Source: Curvularia clavata
Lineage: Eukaryota
Direction of reading: 5' to 3'
DNA: 64,000 nt
NCBI GenBank assembly: GCA_023920165.1
Contig: CP089279.1
Coordinates: forward strand, 868,001-932,000
The notes beneath the pieces are model-generated. The model ran no database searches and was not told the origin of the DNA. It saw only the letters and a program-made list of their open reading frames with translations. This document shows positions 1-10,941 of this stretch, piece after piece. The position numbers and the translations under genes were made by a program. Every line of letters starts with the position of its first letter. Positions within the stretch are counted from its first letter, which is position 1.

Positions 1-376
1 GGACCTGGACGATGTTCTTTGGACCAAGCGTGGGGAGACGGCGTACAGCGAAAACCCTGCCTACTGCGCAAGCAAACTCCATAACGTCATGTTCGCAAAG
101 GCATTTGCTCGCAGGTGGCCAGAAGTCAAGAGCAATGCACTGGATCCTGGCTGGGTTGCAACCAAGATGGGCGGTAGTTCTGCACCTGAGAGCATCGATG
201 CGGCCGTTGAGAGCTATGTCATGCTTGCCGTTGGCGAAGAGCTGGCAAAGAAGAGTGGATGCTATTTTCATCCAAGCAAGCGGGAGGGCCGCCCACACAA
301 GGCTACCGAAGATGAACAGGCTCAGGACAAGTTGTTGGAGATTTGTGCTGAGTTTTCTGGCGTTAAGCTGTCATAA
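1..376 (+). CDS. Short-chain dehydrogenase/reductase, 3' part (gene begins upstream of the window)
   Basis: Open frame from nt 2 reads DLDDVLWTKRGETAYSENPAYCASKLHNVMFAKAFARRWPEVKSNALDPGWVATKMGG. It contains the SDR catalytic YxxxK (YCASK) and the typical NALDPGWVAT motif; stop at 374-376. Confidence 0.85.
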   Translation, partial: DLDDVLWTKRGETAYSENPAYCASKLHNVMFAKAFARRWPEVKSNALDPGWVATKMGGSSAPESIDAAVESYVMLAVGEELAKKSGCYFHPSKREGRPHKATEDEQAQDKLLEICAEFSGVKLS

Positions 377-498
377 AAATCTCCCCTTCAATGAAAACAT
401 GACCACGAATAGCCTGCCTGATAAATACATGGGTTATCAGATACATACAGTTCCATAGTCGAAGATTTGAACCGGAGTTCCACATCTGTGGGGAGAAA

Positions 499-3400
499 TC
501 ATCTCAGGCCCCAATTAAACCACACCTTTACCTCGTCATCCCTTGAGTCATTCTCTCCGTCTTTCTGCTCCTCATCTTCCTCCTCACCTTCCTCCTCTTC
601 TGCCCATGGTTTGTATCCAGTGTTTCTCGCAGCAAGCCTTTTTGCAACTTCGTTTGCTTCGACCAGACTAACCAGTCGTCTCTTATGACCCTTGCTTTGA
701 CCTTCAGCAAAGTCTTTGCAAACTTGCAATACCTTTTCCGTGCTAGAGCGGCCATCCCCAGCCTCCTGCACGAAGGAACTCGGATCCCTTCCTAGCATAC
801 CCTTGATTTGATAATACATGTAAACTGATATACCATGTCTCATCCGATCTCTATACCGTCCATCGGTTGAAAGGGATGGCGGGTTGCTGAAGATCTCTTT
901 TGAGAGATACGAGTCTTCTGCAATCTCAAATGGGGTACGTCCTGATGCATTCTCGTAGAAAAGGATTTCAGGGCGATAGCTGAGCATGGTTCGCAGCAAG
1001 GTATCGGCGCCGTACCTTACAACGGCATGGATGGGCGTGTCCCCATCACCATTGATAATTCCGAGGTCTTCACCTTTGCTGAACTCAAGTAACAGCTGTA
1101 CCACTGTCTCTCCGTATTTTTTATCAGGGCGTCGTTCCCACTCCTTCACATTACCATGGATCCAACATGCAAGCGGCGTAGCTGCGTTCTGGGTCCTCTC
1201 GAAGAATAAGCTGGGAAGAAGACGAGCATCGATCAAGCCTAACAGCTCACGTAGAATTCCGGGAGTACTCTCGGTAGTGTTGTAACCATCCAACATAGAG
1301 TGTATGATGTTGTTCCCGTCGTTATTTCGTGTCGTCTGATCAGCCCCAACTTCTAGGAGAATCTTGACCATTTCAACCCGGTGAAGAGCAAATGCGATAT
1401 GCAGTGGCGTCATACCACTCGTAGAGCGCTTTTCAAGCGCTTCGGGGTAATTTCTGCACAAATTTCGGAGCATCAACAAGGATTCTTCGCTCTTTGCGCC
1501 CATCACCACGCAATGAAGCAGCAAGTGAGAATGCAAGTCAAGCCATTTAGTAATGGATGCCTCAACACCGCCCTTTGCCTTTGCTAGATTCTGAATTCGA
1601 ACGTCGTCGCGGTGAGTATCCGCAAATTGCAAATAACAACGAAGAGGCGCATCCCCCAAGAACCATTCAACACTCTGCAAGCTTCCGGAGTAAGCAGCCC
1701 ACAGCAAGGGTGGATGTCGCATGTCGGGAACTCTGTGCCCAGCTCCTCTCGCAGCATTTGCCCAGTCGGCTCGCTTCTTCCCGTGGACAGAGAGTCCTTG
1801 ATAGTACGCGGGCTTCATGGGTATCTCAATACCACTCTGCTCAACAAGATCGTTCAATGGAAAGCCTGCTCCAGTTCGCTGTATAATCTTTTCAAGCAGC
1901 TGAACTCGTCCAAGACGAAGGGCATAGAGGAAGTCGGCCTCAGGAAAATCGAAGACCTTCGGACTGGCTTCGTTGGAAGTCCAAGGGGTGGGATGGGCAT
2001 ACTCTTCGCACCGTTCAACCAGGAACTCGAACAAATTGGAGTCGTTCGAGTAGATGGCAAACTGAACAAGATTTCGGGGTTTGATGACCTTATTCTGCTC
2101 CTTGTGCTCGCTGCCGGAGAGCTCCAGAGACGTGTCATAATTCGTCATGAACTCTAACGTAGGACAATCTGATTGGATCATTTGCAATGGCGTTGTTGTG
2201 CTTTGGACTTGTGCTTGTACTTCGCCAATATTTTCGATGGTGAAGCGCTCATCCACAATCTCACGATAGATCTGTATTTCATCTTGGCCATCGCAGGTGC
2301 TGTTGTCGTCCTCGTCTGCCTGCTGGATGGCGTGTCTAACCATTGATGTATCTTCTGGAGCATGTTGCGCGTGTGCAATCTCTAGAATGGCTCTGGCGAT
2401 GCTATAATGCTTGCGCAGCACAGCGATAGACAACGGTGATAAACCGTCTGAATTCAATGCCGAAATCTTAAGGGGAGTCTGTTTATTACCCCAGATGCTC
2501 AATGTCAGTTCCTTGATTGTTGAGAGATTGCCTTCCCAACATGCTTCAAAGAGCTTGACGTAGGCTTCCTTTCGTTCATTCGTCAGGTCCGGGAGCGCGA
2601 AGGTGAGATTTGGCTTCCATGGCTTTGGGGGCTCTTCATGGAACGGGTAAGGGTGATTTCCTGGTCCTTGTCCGTTGTTGACATCAGAACGAACTTCCTT
2701 CAAAGTCTTCGCACCACGCTCAACTAGATAACACTCGAGTGCTTCGAACTCCTTGAGCAGAGACTCAGCAGCTGCTTTCTTTTCTGAAGTGCCCTTTGGT
2801 TCTTTCTGTGACTCTAACCACCTTTCATAACTCTTCAACTCACTCTGGTAGGTCTCCTTGGCTTTTTTGAGCTGAGTACTCACCATGAAATGAGCGTAAG
2901 TGCCTGGTTCAAGGTCTCGAAGATAATGGTTGTCGTCCTGTAGTGGAATTGGCGGGGAGCACTTGTAGTTGTAAGCAGTCTCGATCCAACCAGTGCTTCC
3001 CATGCAGCCACCCGCGCCTTCCACTTTCCCAATTGTCGTGAACGTTTGCAGGTCCCGTATTTTGTTGCGAACAACATCCAGCAAAGTACCTATATCCTTT
3101 CTGCCGCTTCCAGGATAACGAATCACTTGCCATGTATCTTTAGAAAGACTGTTAATATCCGCGCCGGCATCCACGAGCCTTCTGACCGCTGAAGGCATAT
3201 CGGAAAATACGCCAGAAAACACAGGCTGCTCAAACTGTTGCTTGAAGACCCACTGATTATGTTCGGTATCGCCACTCATATTTCTGTGGTGTTTAGCGGA
3301 CGCTATATAAGTGTCAAAATCGACCTCGGGTTTGACTCCGAGCTCTAGCAGCGCGTCCACCACTTCAAGGTCCCCATTTTGGATAGCCATGTGCAAGGCG

Positions 3401-5853
3401 CTCTTGCCATCGCCAGAATACGAATTAGGGGATATGGAAATGTGGTTCGCGGCTCGTTCTGACCCAGACTGATTTGATGATATCATGGTCCTCAATAGGT
3501 CCGCTCCGTGAGCAGCAAAGTAACTCAATGCAGTCGTAGAATGGACATCTCCTTGAGCAGGTGAGGCACCAGAACCGATCAGTACTTGGGTCATCTCCTT
3601 GGCCTTCGCAGGTGGGAGATGTAGCGCGAGGACTAACGGTAGGATTGAAGCCCGTGGGGATGTCGAGCCATCATTAACAAGTTTGACGGGCAGCAGAACA
3701 TCAGCACCAAAATCTTGAATGAGTAGTTTCACCATAGGCACGTGACCATTCGCAATGGCAAGATGCAATGCAGTCACCGGAGTATCCCAGGCCAATACGT
3801 TAATGTCGTAGATGTCGGGTTCGTCATCTGACTCTTCGGGAAGTACTTCGTGACTCTGCGTTTCCTGGTGGGTGATCTTGATGAAAGAGCCTTCCGTTCT
3901 TGCATCTTCGTTCTCGTCCTCAGACTCAAAATCAGAGCGATCAATGTCATCCAGATCCTCGCTTTCTTCTGAGTTTTCAGAGTCTACATCGCCGCTGTGT
4001 TCCATGGGGTCGCGCTGTTTCTTCTTCTGAGCCTCCTTCTCTGCCTCTTTCTCTTCGTTGGCTTCACTCTTGATAAGAAGTGCCCTAGCCATCTCTGTTT
4101 CACCGCGCATAGCTGCGAGATGAAGGGCAGTTTTGCCATCATAGAGGCGCGACACAAGACGAGCACCTGCATCGATAAGTGCTTGTACGATTTCTGGTGT
4201 GGATGTTGTAACTGCCAGATGAAGTGGAGTGCGGCCAGTGTAGTCTCTCCGGTTGGGATCAGCACCCTCTTGACTCAGCCAGTCCTGAACATGCTCAAGA
4301 TCCTTGTCGACAATTGCACGACATAGTCTTGCGGTATTACCGACATAGGCCATCTCGGTCCAGTCATCATCTGTGAGGGGATGGAATGAGCCAATAGCCT
4401 GGCGTCCCGGGTCATCTTTGATGAAGGACAGAGGGCCAGAGACGTAAACTTTGCTTTCTTCAGCTGCAATTTCTTTATCTTCAGGAGTTGCTGGCTTGGG
4501 ACAATAACCACAGCAATCTTCGATAACGTCGGTGGCATTTCCGAAGAATGCGGGATGGCGATGCAGGTTGGTCTCGCGGTCCTTTGGTCGGTTCCATTCA
4601 GCATTGAGCAGCAAATCTTTCGCGTACAGCAACTTCTCAATCTTTCGTGCATGGTACTTTGGTCCATATGGAATGGTAAAAGTATGATAGTTACTGACTT
4701 CGTCAGTCTCAACCCATTCTGCCACATCTTCCTCATGCTCGTCTTTCATATTGCCCCATTGCTTCCCTACAAATCGCCGGTTTAACATGGGCCTGCCCCG
4801 CTCAGCGCGACGCTGATCAATGTAATCCTGTCTTTCATGGTTCTCCGGCAGTCTCTCGAGTACTAGCAGCCGAGCAAGGCCGAGTGTCTTCCCGAATGAG
4901 CGCTCGAACAGCGTTGGGTCGATACGAGAACGGTCGAGAAGCGGCCAGTATACTTCGAATCCTCTGCGCGCGTACTTGGAAAGACGATTTTCATATGAAG
5001 GAGAGCGGCGAGTCAAATCAATTGTATTGATTTGAGTCATGAAGGCAGCCAAGGCACGTGGGCTAGCATAGACTTGCTTTCCGTCGTAGGCAACACAAGA
5101 GCAGTCTACATCAAACCCTGTAAGGATTTCAGAGATGGATCGGTAGATGCGCAGAACGATCTGGACGTGGCGAGTTGGATATTGAGAAGCGATAGTTATA
5201 GCATTCTTAGTCCGAATCGTGGTGGTCTCAGTTAAAATCGAGTCCTTGATGCGCTTTTCAATTTGCTTGATCTTCTCCACAGCTTCCTCCTCGGTGAGAC
5301 CGTACAGAAACAAATCAACATCCGAAGCAGGAGCCAGGTGTTGATGGTAATACTCTCGAAGTGCTCTTTTGGAAGCTTTGTGTTCCTCAGAGACAGGCAA
5401 CAAGGATGTCACTACAGCACTGCCTGCAGCCACAACATTGGACCAGTCCAAGTCGGCGAGAGAGGACTCAGAAAACAACTGGAAGTTCTTCTCAAACTCT
5501 TTCAGTGACGTTACAACAGCCGGGCTTGCGCTAGGCTTGCGTTCGTCTTTGCTAAGGGGCATGATGTAGTGTTGACGCTCAGCTTCGGGTTCCTTGGCGG
5601 GGTTGCGAGCACGAATTGTGAGCTCGTGCTCACGTCCTGCATAAACAGGAACGATATTAGGAATATCTATTGCTGGATGGTCGGGTTGTTGAGCGAAGAT
5701 CTGGCGTAGTGTGGCATCGTACTCTTTGTACGGAGCCATTAAATCGGATAGTGGTCCATCTGGGTGGCTAGCAACATGTGCGATCCAGTCGACGTGTTTG
5801 GCTGGAAGTGGAGGGAGCTCCATTGGTGTTGATATCTGCTGTTGTTCCGTCAT
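499..5853 (-). CDS. 1784-aa protein: N-terminal nucleotidyltransferase-like (CCA/poly(A) polymerase head-like) domain followed by multiple ankyrin-repeat clusters
   Basis: Single uninterrupted ORF. Ankyrin motifs include TGRTPLHLAV, GKTALHLAA, TALHLAIANGH, GKSALHMAIQNGD, DGLSPLSIAV, GMTPLHIAF and GDTPIHAVV. N-terminal motifs are VAAGSAV (aa 141-147), SDVDLF (177-182), GFDVDC (246-251) and RLSKYARRGF (290-299). Confidence 0.85.
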   Translation of the reverse strand: MTEQQQISTPMELPPLPAKHVDWIAHVASHPDGPLSDLMAPYKEYDATLRQIFAQQPDHPAIDIPNIVPVYAGREHELTIRARNPAKEPEAERQHYIMPLSKDERKPSASPAVVTSLKEFEKNFQLFSESSLADLDWSNVVAAGSAVVTSLLPVSEEHKASKRALREYYHQHLAPASDVDLFLYGLTEEEAVEKIKQIEKRIKDSILTETTTIRTKNAITIASQYPTRHVQIVLRIYRSISEILTGFDVDCSCVAYDGKQVYASPRALAAFMTQINTIDLTRRSPSYENRLSKYARRGFEVYWPLLDRSRIDPTLFERSFGKTLGLARLLVLERLPENHERQDYIDQRRAERGRPMLNRRFVGKQWGNMKDEHEEDVAEWVETDEVSNYHTFTIPYGPKYHARKIEKLLYAKDLLLNAEWNRPKDRETNLHRHPAFFGNATDVIEDCCGYCPKPATPEDKEIAAEESKVYVSGPLSFIKDDPGRQAIGSFHPLTDDDWTEMAYVGNTARLCRAIVDKDLEHVQDWLSQEGADPNRRDYTGRTPLHLAVTTSTPEIVQALIDAGARLVSRLYDGKTALHLAAMRGETEMARALLIKSEANEEKEAEKEAQKKKQRDPMEHSGDVDSENSEESEDLDDIDRSDFESEDENEDARTEGSFIKITHQETQSHEVLPEESDDEPDIYDINVLAWDTPVTALHLAIANGHVPMVKLLIQDFGADVLLPVKLVNDGSTSPRASILPLVLALHLPPAKAKEMTQVLIGSGASPAQGDVHSTTALSYFAAHGADLLRTMISSNQSGSERAANHISISPNSYSGDGKSALHMAIQNGDLEVVDALLELGVKPEVDFDTYIASAKHHRNMSGDTEHNQWVFKQQFEQPVFSGVFSDMPSAVRRLVDAGADINSLSKDTWQVIRYPGSGRKDIGTLLDVVRNKIRDLQTFTTIGKVEGAGGCMGSTGWIETAYNYKCSPPIPLQDDNHYLRDLEPGTYAHFMVSTQLKKAKETYQSELKSYERWLESQKEPKGTSEKKAAAESLLKEFEALECYLVERGAKTLKEVRSDVNNGQGPGNHPYPFHEEPPKPWKPNLTFALPDLTNERKEAYVKLFEACWEGNLSTIKELTLSIWGNKQTPLKISALNSDGLSPLSIAVLRKHYSIARAILEIAHAQHAPEDTSMVRHAIQQADEDDNSTCDGQDEIQIYREIVDERFTIENIGEVQAQVQSTTTPLQMIQSDCPTLEFMTNYDTSLELSGSEHKEQNKVIKPRNLVQFAIYSNDSNLFEFLVERCEEYAHPTPWTSNEASPKVFDFPEADFLYALRLGRVQLLEKIIQRTGAGFPLNDLVEQSGIEIPMKPAYYQGLSVHGKKRADWANAARGAGHRVPDMRHPPLLWAAYSGSLQSVEWFLGDAPLRCYLQFADTHRDDVRIQNLAKAKGGVEASITKWLDLHSHLLLHCVVMGAKSEESLLMLRNLCRNYPEALEKRSTSGMTPLHIAFALHRVEMVKILLEVGADQTTRNNDGNNIIHSMLDGYNTTESTPGILRELLGLIDARLLPSLFFERTQNAATPLACWIHGNVKEWERRPDKKYGETVVQLLLEFSKGEDLGIINGDGDTPIHAVVRYGADTLLRTMLSYRPEILFYENASGRTPFEIAEDSYLSKEIFSNPPSLSTDGRYRDRMRHGISVYMYYQIKGMLGRDPSSFVQEAGDGRSSTEKVLQVCKDFAEGQSKGHKRRLVSLVEANEVAKRLAARNTGYKPWAEEEEGEEEDEEQKDGENDSRDDEVKVWFNWGLR

Positions 5854-8800
5854 GGTCAGAGTAAGAGGTTCTGCGAAAACAACGGCAATGTCATGAAATG
5901 AGTAGTTTGGACAATGTAATGGGAGAAAGTAGAGAGACTGGAGCGTTGGGATTTAAGTACTCGAATTGATCTATTTTAGAGCGCTGTCCACCGCTCGGTG
6001 GTAGCCTTTCGTTACGAAGAAGGTGATGCAAAAGAGAGACGAGCCGTTGGGAAAGAGGGGCTGTCAGGCAACGCTACCAATCCGAGGGGCAGGAGGCGCG
6101 TTGAAGCCTGGTTGAGCAGGCAGCAACCAATCATTGGAGAGGCTAAGCATTCGCCCCATCACGCTTGCCGCGCGATCTCACGTGACTAACCACGCGCCCG
6201 CCCCTTTGATCGAAGACCCGCCTACATACTCCTCTGACACTGTTCTCGCCGCACTCGTGTATCTCGAATGGCTGTACTGTGTGCCGTGGCACACATTACA
6301 TTTTCGCACATGTGCAGGCACACACACGCAAGCAGTTGCCGCACTCTTCGATTGATCGTTTCACGGTTTCCAACCCATCAAGATGTCTGCGGAGCCGCAG
6401 GGACAGAACAAAGGCGTATATCAGGGGGGTAGCCATGAAGAAATACCATCCTTCAAAATGCCTCATGGCCTAGACCATATTACCTTTCCGCGAGAACAGG
6501 AAAATGCTGCTGAGAGAAGACCATACGTTAGGCCTCCCTATACTTTAATTACGGCCAAGAGTAATTCGCAGTACTATCGCCATTCGGAGTGCAGCCTACG
6601 ATATTATTAATGAACATTACGCATAGCATTCCGTATAGGCATAGTACCATTTACGATCGTTTACATGAGTGTGCCAATGGTATACACAAATGGCTTCTAT
6701 TCGATAATTTCTTCTCCTTACCCCAGTACCAGATAGATATGAATGTCCACCTGCATTAGTTCGACCGCATACCCCTGGTCCTTTGATAAAACCTAGGCAA
6801 TTCTGTGGCTGTTGGTATCCTTTGTTAAATGGCAAAAAGATACTTTTGCATATACCCATTTGCCGATTCTTTTGACGACGACTGGCAAGACTAACAAGGG
6901 TAGAATCACTGCGATTGTGAGACGCATATCAACAGATGCGATTTTGGGATTTGCCAGTGAAGTTTAGAAATCGTTTTTGGTATAGGAGCGGGGAGTAGGC
7001 GCCTGGTTTATACAGTACAGTCGACTAGCGTGACGTGCAATAAGCACCATTTTCAACTTTGATTGAACCCGGGCTTGGCTAGATGTAAGCGGCTCTTATT
7101 CAATGTCGTTTCTCAAGGTTTACTATATTAAAAAAAATGTAAGCGAATGGTACTCAACTTGCAGCCCAGATAGCTCGAAGCTAGTCAGATCCAATAGAAA
7201 GAAACTACTCCCTTGTGGAATGTCTTTAGACGTGAGGAGATGAGGTCCAAAATAGCAGATATATTTGTTAATGTGCATTCACATGCATTTTTAATGATTT
7301 CTAGAGAAGGCCAAACCTCACTGCTTTCACAGAAAGCCAACGATATATTCATCCATACACTGTATCCTTTGCCCATTGTGAACCGGCTCCTTCTCTGAAC
7401 AGCAACATTCTTACGAGATACTCGTATTCAAAATAGCATTCCATGCAAAGTCGCCTTGCCAGCGTACTCAGTATCCCGAACTTGGGTCATTGAAATTCAA
7501 ATTTGAAGCTGTAGTCCCACATTTTGGTAGAGCTCGTTTTGCACATGCGCTTGTTCATTTCTGTTTCTCTCAAACTGACATGTCTGCTCTCAGAAGATCC
7601 ACATCATTCTGATGGTGTCATATGATCTTCACGTGTAAATTGCACAATCTTCTTGATATGAGTGAACAGCGAACGCATGAAACTCTTGTGCCCGATATTT
7701 TGACAGCCATTGTGCTATGCATAGACGCAATATTGCGGAGCCCAAAAAAGAGTCCCGAAAAAGGTCTCCTGGTAAATCTATATAGATATGTCAAAGTGGT
7801 ATGCTTGGTGGAAAGACCCTACTCTTTGGATATACAAATCAGAGATAGCAGTATGTTGTAGTAGCAAGCAACCAGACGATGATTGTATGGAAACTCTTCT
7901 TAAAGTATAGTCATTTTCTCCACCAAAATTACAATATTGATAAGATTCCGGCATTACATTCGTCGACTTGATCGCGTATCGCCCCTTCGTTGTTTTGAGG
8001 CTGATCATATAATGTGCTCATATTATACAGATGAGATATTAGAAAAGTTCCTTTACTGTGATAAATCATCAGTCATCACAATACTCGCTTGTTGTCGCGC
8101 GCCTGGAACACCGTTAGTAGGAGCTCTTTTCCCTACACATCTCCGTCACAGAATATAAGAAATACTAATAGCCCGAAGCCACACTCTAAACAATGCTGAG
8201 CCACTCTGGTTTAACAGGTAGAGCACGAACAACAGGCACATCACAGGAAGCAAGTCGTTCAACGATCGAAAAAGCAACCCCTAGACAGTCCCTCCAGCGA
8301 TCCGTAGACCTACATACACTACGCCTACTAAAAAACAAGCCCAGCCACCCTACCAAAGCATCGAGGGACAACCAGGCCTACGCCACTGCCCCTCTATATC
8401 CAGAAATAAAGCGGCAAATTAACAGCCACTCCTGCTTCTAGACCAAACAATCAGACCACATCACCAGTCGTCTCGCCCTACTCCCCCAAGTTCTAGAACA
8501 CGACCTACTCCTCCATACATTCCTATCCCCACAAAAAAGGCCTCTTAGTGTACCGCATAGCACTGGCGCCGAGATCGCAAACGCCAACAATCCCATACGG
8601 TGTACAGACCTACGTCTGTAAACCAAGCCGGCAAAAACTTCCGAACCCAACCCGGAACTTGGTCTCAATCAACCCCTGGACCATTGGTACCTTGCATTAG
8701 CCTACCAAACAAACCGCCAACAACCCAGGCACCATTCTCTCGCCAAAAACGTACGCCGCACCGTGCGTGCACATGGCATAACGTTCTATGACGCCATTTC

Positions 8801-9681
8801 GCATAAACTTACCCCCTCAGCCTAGTCGTGTTGCGGATATCCGGGCTCGCTCGTCCCCCCCCCCTCAAAAAAGCAGTCTTTGTAGCTGTTTCAAAGGATT
8901 CACGAGTGAGAAGAAAAGATACATCTATACGCCGGATACTTTTGTTTCAAGAGGCGGGGGAAAGAAAGGATGGGCAGATCGATCATCGATCGATGGAGAA
9001 GGGGGAGAGAACTTGAAGCAGTGTGTGTTTTGTGAGGAGAAGGGGAGGCGCGTGCACGTGGAAAGTTAAAAAACGGGCGGTATGAAGTACACTACGTATG
9101 TAGCTTGAGTACCGTACATACGAAGTACATGCTTGGGGAGGAGAAAGAAAAGTGGGGATAGCTGGACGAGAATGGAGAGGGGAGGTGGGAATAAGGAAAA
9201 AAGGGGGAGGGGAAGGGGAGGTGGTGCACGAATGCAGTTCGGATAATATGTGCGCACTGGGGAGCGGAGTACAAACAAGCAGGAAAAGAGAAAAAAATCA
9301 AGGAAAAGAGAACCCACCAGGCTAATTGCGCCGAACGGAGCTCGCGATACCTGCTTTCTTTTACCTTTGTCTGAATTTACATATAGTACCCGTTTCGGAA
9401 ATGCTGGTGTACTTGCGATTCAGTGCGATTGGAGCACTTTGCACAATCGACGATTTCGTTTGCGCCAAGAGGAGTGTTGCTGGCTGAGAGCGAGGAAGAA
9501 AGTGTAAGGAGCCACTTCAAACCCCATGTCTAGGGTCAGCCACATGTTACCTTTTCGCTAGTAGAGTTTGGCACCACTTTTTTACTTCTTCTCCGCACAT
9601 TATCGCTTTTTCTTTTACACGACGTCCCGAGGGCTCGGTTCATTAGGCGAGTACCTACTGGTGATCGTGGTGATGACAATT

Positions 9682-10941
9682 ATGCAACTTCACACTTTTG
9701 GCTCGGGTCCTACTCACCGCCCCAACCCCGTCCTGTGCGCGCAGAGCATTCGTGTGCTGTGGGCGTCGTGGTGCGATGTCTTGATCGCGCATCGCCATCC
9801 TGACGATGCTACAGAATCGTGGGATCTGAGATACATCGGCACAGGACTGAGCCAGTCCCAACAAAACTTTCTTTGTGAGGCTAGTACCTTTAGCCGATTG
9901 GGGAAGGCTATCGGAGGGGAGGAAGAGGGGCATAGGGTCGTCTTCTTCGGTAGCGCCATGCATCATGGTCTACGGGGCTATGTGCATACACTGGGTACAG
10001 AGCAAGAGATTGTGCTATTTGCTGCGGATGACGAAATGGAAGATGGTCATGGCAATGGGGTACAAGAGGTTCAAGTTTACCGCATGGGCGATTACACAGA
10101 GGAGTCCCTAACCGTCATCGATATCAAGATCCTCAATGACGAGACTCTGTTGCTAAGTCTCAACCAAGGCTGCGCAGGCAAGGAATACCTAGCATGCGTG
10201 CGAGACATCCCGCAACTGCGTGTTTGGCTGTGTTCCCCAATCCCCAACTCAAGCTTCGGGAGGGTAAAGGCGGCGGCATCGGCGGCGGCACTCCCAGACG
10301 TGAAACGCGCACCGTATGACTCGCATGATCCACCCCAATGGGTTAGCAACGCTACGACGACGACCCTTCTAGACACCCATGGCCGTGTGTGGACGTCAAG
10401 CGCCGATACGAGATATCAATCTTGTCTGGGTCGGCCCTACGACGGCCGGTCGGATCTTGGAGCCATTCCTTACCTGTCGGAAACGCACATCACACGAGTG
10501 GTGTCGGGTGGCTATATGAGCGCAGCACTGAGTGCTGACGGCGAGCTGTTCATATGGGGGCAGGCATGCCCCGGATCGGCGGAGGGTATAGACATATTTA
10601 ACGGAAACACGAGAGGAGTCATCTCTACGACGGGCATCAATGCTGAGGACGACCAGGATGAATTTGTCAAGTGCCTTAACGTGCGAATTGATGGCCACGA
10701 GGCTCAGGTACATCACGTGGCGATTGGCCATGGACATGTGCTAGTAGCAGCCGAATCTGGATACGGCTCGGCCAAAAAGAGGGCAGTATTTGCCGCTGGT
10801 GACAATAGTATGGGGCAGCTGGGATTGGAGGGAAGGCCCTTTTATAGCGCATTCCATGAGGTTGAAGGTTTGCGAGGTAAGCAAGTTGCTCAATTGTTCG
10901 CAGCAGGGTGGTCGAGCTTCGTGGTAACACTGGAGGAGTGA
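9682..10941 (+). CDS. RCC1/BLIP-II beta-propeller repeat protein
   Basis: RCC1-type repeats: ITRVVSGGYMSAALSADGELFIWG, VHHVAIGHGHVLVA, VFAAGDNSMGQLG, VAQLFAAGWSSFV. Start is ATG 9682 (MQLHTFGS) or 9673; the track start at 9568 is a TTG. Confidence 0.8.
   Translation: MQLHTFGSGPTHRPNPVLCAQSIRVLWASWCDVLIAHRHPDDATESWDLRYIGTGLSQSQQNFLCEASTFSRLGKAIGGEEEGHRVVFFGSAMHHGLRGYVHTLGTEQEIVLFAADDEMEDGHGNGVQEVQVYRMGDYTEESLTVIDIKILNDETLLLSLNQGCAGKEYLACVRDIPQLRVWLCSPIPNSSFGRVKAAASAAALPDVKRAPYDSHDPPQWVSNATTTTLLDTHGRVWTSSADTRYQSCLGRPYDGRSDLGAIPYLSETHITRVVSGGYMSAALSADGELFIWGQACPGSAEGIDIFNGNTRGVISTTGINAEDDQDEFVKCLNVRIDGHEAQVHHVAIGHGHVLVAAESGYGSAKKRAVFAAGDNSMGQLGLEGRPFYSAFHEVEGLRGKQVAQLFAAGWSSFVVTLEE

Noticed and set aside
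7630..7780. Minus-strand fragment DSFLGSAILRLCIAQWLSKY resembling the RNase III signature
   Set aside because: It lacks the catalytic E and D of ERLEFLGD, is bounded by stops and has no other RNase III motifs; probably chance.
8440..8620. Plus-strand fragment SRLALLPQVLEHDLLLHTF, vaguely F-box-like
   Set aside because: It has no start codon, is short and is flanked by stops, so it is too weak to call.
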